64,000 nt of DNA. Origin: an uncultured bacterium (lineage in GTDB: Bacteria; Chloroflexota; UBA5177; JANWHV01). The stretch covers positions 96,001 to 160,000 of the forward strand of contig CAWHAE010000019.1 in assembly GCA_963827235.1 (NCBI GenBank), in the 5' to 3' direction. The translations under genes were made by a program, and so were the position numbers. Shown piece by piece: positions 61,474-64,000 of the stretch (within the stretch, counting starts at the first letter, position 1; the number at the start of each line of letters is the position of its first letter). The notes under the pieces are model-generated. The model did no database searches, was not told the DNA's origin, and worked only from the letters and a program-made list of their open reading frames with translations.

Positions 61474-61548
61474 GCCGTCTGGTCTTGCCATTAAACTACC
61501 AGCCCATGTTTGGAGGGCTAGGCCGGATTCGAACCGGCATCAGACGGC
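61474..61548 (-). ncRNA. Permuted tRNA-like module 2 (Gly/Cys-like, TCCA in the closing loop)
   Basis: GCCGTCTG-AT-GCCGG TTCGAAT CCGGC-CTAGCCC-TCCAAACAT-GGGCTGG-TA-GTTT AATGGCA AGAC-CAGACGGC. Confidence 0.85.
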
Positions 61549-61629
61549 CACCGGCCTCGGACACTCGATTTGGCGTTCGGCGCTGCGGAATGCTTAAGCT
61601 GGAGCAATAGCTTCAATCTGTGGTGCGGC

Positions 61630-61706
61630 GGCATGCGCCTCTGCCGATTGGGCTACTCCGCCACGCCTGGCGGAGGCAGGACTCGAACCTGCACTGTACA
61701 TGTGCC
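61630..61706 (-). ncRNA. Permuted tRNA-like module 1 (Leu-like D-arm)
   Basis: GCAGG TTCGAGT CCTGC-CTCCGCCA-GGCG-TGGCGGAG-TA-GCCC AATCGGCAG AGGC-GCATGCC. Confidence 0.85.
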
Positions 61707-61780
61707 TCATCAGTGTGAGCTTGAGGCTCAGCTTGGGCTCCGTCCTGACTCTACAGCAATCCGCTCCGGCGAACAAGTGC

Positions 61781-62512
61781 TCAGCTAAACAGATAGGCGA
61801 AGATCGTCTCGCCGACTTTGACGTCCTCGACCTCCCGGCTGTTGGCCTCCTCGCGTGCGAACTTCACCGCCTCCTGCAGCTTCTCGACACGCTCGACCAA
61901 CTCGTTGACCCGCCTTGCCGGCAAGGCGCCCGAGAACCTCACCGTGCGCCAGGTGCCGATGCTCACATCCTCATAATAGACTTCGACCTGCGCCGGGTGC
62001 TTCTCCGTTGCTTCGGCCTTGACGTGGTTTCGTGGGATCTTCTTGGTGCGCAGGGTTTGCGTCGGCTCGGTCGCCCAGCAGTCCGCCGAGGCGTCAAAGC
62101 TCCAGCTCTCCGACGCGTCCAGGACGGGCAGCTTCTTGATGAAGGTGTGCAGGTCGACAAGCTGCTTCTCGAGAAAGAGCAGGTAGGTGGCCGGAACCTG
62201 GCTGGCCAGCGTCTTGCCGTTTACCACGACGTCGGCCTTCGCCTTACAGTTGGCCCAATCCTTCGTTGCCGTCACGTCGAACAGCTTGGTCATGATCGCC
62301 ACGGTCTGGTGAATGATTTCCTCGGCCTTGATCTGCACCCGCGTGCTCTCGGGCGGCAGCTGCTCGCCTTCCTCGTCCCGCGGGCGATAGGTGCGTGCGA
62401 TGCCCGAGAGCAACGCCGGCTTCTGCAGCGCGTGGTGCGCCTCCGTGATCTCCTCGAGCGATCGGCTCTTGACACCCTTCTCGACGGCGATGATCTGGTT
62501 GAGCTTCGTCAT
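61781..62512 (-). CDS. Conserved uncharacterised helical protein (recalled as DUF7873-like; needs verification)
   Basis: MTKLNQIIAVEKG, RTYRPRDEEGEQLPPE, TKDWANC.A.AD, PATYLLFLEK, AT.KHPAQV, FSGA.P, VKFAREEAN; GAAGG RBS. Confidence 0.85.
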   Translation of the reverse strand: MTKLNQIIAVEKGVKSRSLEEITEAHHALQKPALLSGIARTYRPRDEEGEQLPPESTRVQIKAEEIIHQTVAIMTKLFDVTATKDWANCKAKADVVVNGKTLASQVPATYLLFLEKQLVDLHTFIKKLPVLDASESWSFDASADCWATEPTQTLRTKKIPRNHVKAEATEKHPAQVEVYYEDVSIGTWRTVRFSGALPARRVNELVERVEKLQEAVKFAREEANSREVEDVKVGETIFAYLFS

Positions 62513-62629
62513 GGCGGTACCTTCCCATCAAGCTTCGGTGCCTCGTGGGCGCCGGCGGCAGCGCATACAGCGCAGCATGCGTCCAACCACTGGACCCCGC
62601 GGCAGTGCAGCGAGCCACGTATCGGGTTC

Positions 62630-62658
62630 ATTGTGAGGGCTTGATTTCGCGTTGGCAA
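62630..62658 (-). promoter_or_regulatory. Putative sigma70 promoter for the protein + RNA unit
   Basis: TTGCCA-17bp-CACAAT about 120 nt upstream of the ATG at 62512. Confidence 0.4.
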
Positions 62659-62889
62659 GGGAAAGCATAGCGCTTAACACGCTCGAACCGGCTGCCGCCT
62701 CATCGTGCTCGGCAGGTGTATAGGCGAGGTGCCACACCGGCGCTACCGGTTCTACGCTGAGCACGATTACTCGGATACCGTGAACATCGACAACGTGCAG
62801 GCGGCCCGCGATGCAGCGCTTCTGGTGTCGCGCGGGCTCCCGCGCATTCGTCACGATCACCACCCTTGTAGTGACGGAGGGAGATTGAG

Positions 62890-63336
62890 ATGCGTGTCTT
62901 TGTGACCGGCGTCTCCGGCTGGATTGGCTCCGCGGTCGTACCCGCGCTGATCGTCGCCGGCCATCAGGTGGTCGGGCTCGCCCGCTCGGAGACCGCGGCC
63001 ACAGCCGTCGCTGCCGCCGGGGCTGTGGTCGAGCGCGGCACGCTGGGCGATCTCGACCGCATGCGGAATGCAGCGGTCGCGTCGGATGGCGTGATCCACC
63101 TCGCATTCAAGCCCGACGTCGCCTTCTCGGGGGACTTCCAGGGCGCGGCCGACGCGGATCGCCGCGTCGTCGAAGTGCTCGGTGCGGCGCTCGCAGGGTC
63201 TGATCGACCGTTCGTCATTGCCTCGGGGAAGCTCCGGATCGCACCAGGACGCGTGGCGATCGAAGGGGACGGGCAGAGTCCCGACCCGGCTATGTTCGCT
63301 CTGGGCGGTCCGGCGACCCGGCTGGGTAGGGCGTAG
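62890..63336 (+). pseudogene. Truncated NAD-dependent epimerase/SDR
   Basis: VFVTGVSGWIG, GLARS, VIHLAF; stops at 148 aa with degenerate sequence downstream. Confidence 0.7.
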
Positions 63337-63601
63337 GTGACGCTGACCGTTGCGTGACGCGGTGCCCGCTCGCCCGTCATGCGATCAGCGGCTGCAGAGC
63401 CTCATTGCCGCGAGTCCATGGCGATCGGTTTCATCGCCGGAGTACACATCCTGTATGCCGGCGAGGTGAGAACCTGGGTGCCGCGTCCGGGCCAGATCGT
63501 GGTGATCGCTCCTGGGGGTCGGCGCCACTCCACATCTGATCCCCAGGTCTGCGCCACCGGTGGTTCACTTCGGCGCCGGTGTACGGCCATAGAGCGCTCT
63601 C

Positions 63602-64000
63602 TCACTCGTCGGACCACGATACCAATGCCTCCCGGAGAGGGGCTGCGTCCCGCAGCGCGATGCCGCCGGGCACCTCGTCCGTAAGCGCATCCAGCGCGGA
63701 TTGGAGCCGCGCATCCTGGTCGCTGCCTGGCTTGACGTAGATCATGCGGCGCACGATGGCCAGTAGCCGCTCGCGGTCGCCGAACGGCTCAGGTGGGTTG
63801 ATGCTGAGCATCTCGAGGTTGGGAAATACGCCGAGTTCCCAGAGCAGCGGGAGCAGCTCCGGCACCGAGGGCAGCGTGATGCGATCTTCGTCGTGCACCA
63901 ATGGCCAGAAGGCCGAGAGCACGTGCATGCGCCAGGGCATGTTTGCGACGAGCAGGACCCGTTCGCGCGCGTGTACCGTCAGCCACTGTACGAACTCCCG
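63602..64000 (-). CDS. C-terminal part of a probable class I SAM-dependent methyltransferase (runs off the window edge)
   Basis: Open frame to the window edge; FWPLVH.E.RITLP..PELL..LWELG.FP. Confidence 0.5.
   Translation of the reverse strand, partial: REFVQWLTVHARERVLLVANMPWRMHVLSAFWPLVHDEDRITLPSVPELLPLLWELGVFPNLEMLSINPPEPFGDRERLLAIVRRMIYVKPGSDQDARLQSALDALTDEVPGGIALRDAAPLREALVSWSDE

Larger units (their letters stand above)
61385..61775 (-). ncRNA. Putative ~390-nt structured RNA with two circularly permuted tRNA-like (YrlA-like) modules
   Basis: Two T-arm/acceptor/D-arm modules, enclosing long-range stems, hexamer-periodic tracts and a terminal hairpin; begins right after the stop of 61781-62512. 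Confidence 0.75.

Noticed and set aside
61474-61706. Ordinary tRNA genes, or attL/attR tRNA fragments of an integrated element
   Set aside because: The halves are in 3'-then-5' order with a loop-closed acceptor stem and no anticodon loop. Joining the 5' half of module 1 to the 3' half of module 2 gives non-matching acceptor strands (GGCGGAG vs CTAGCCC), and no integrase is nearby.
62705-62905. Small ORF resembling a peptidase C-terminal fragment (DTVNIDN)
   Set aside because: Too short and weak to assign, with no convincing RBS.

Overview
A GC-rich bacterial chromosomal segment; gene content and order suggest Chloroflexota or a related Terrabacteria lineage (inference). It holds a branched-chain amino acid ABC transporter, a PknB-like kinase, uppP, pdxST-pdxR, three UroD/MtaA-family methyltransferase-like genes with a corrinoid protein, the core rsmD-coaD-yceD-rpmF-fabD-accC-asp23-nusB-acpP string, signalling genes, a short DnaA paralog with its own DnaA-box array, serA/serC, a polyol/sugar catabolic cluster, and a decayed right end with several pseudogenes. 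The top candidate for a new system is at 61.38-62.51 kb on the minus strand. There an uncharacterised 243-aa helical protein gene is followed directly by a ~390-nt structured RNA containing two circularly permuted tRNA-like modules (T-arm, loop-closed acceptor stem, D-arm, the order seen in YrlA Y RNAs). The modules alternate with tracts of 6-nt periodicity and end in a terminator-like hairpin, and no Ro60/TROVE gene is present in the window. Second is the DnaA paralog, which lacks domains I/II, has altered sensor-I/II residues, and sits behind boxes phased at 21 bp. Two adjacent core genes also appear to use CTG and ATC start codons. Family assignments come from motif recognition by eye; no database searches were run.
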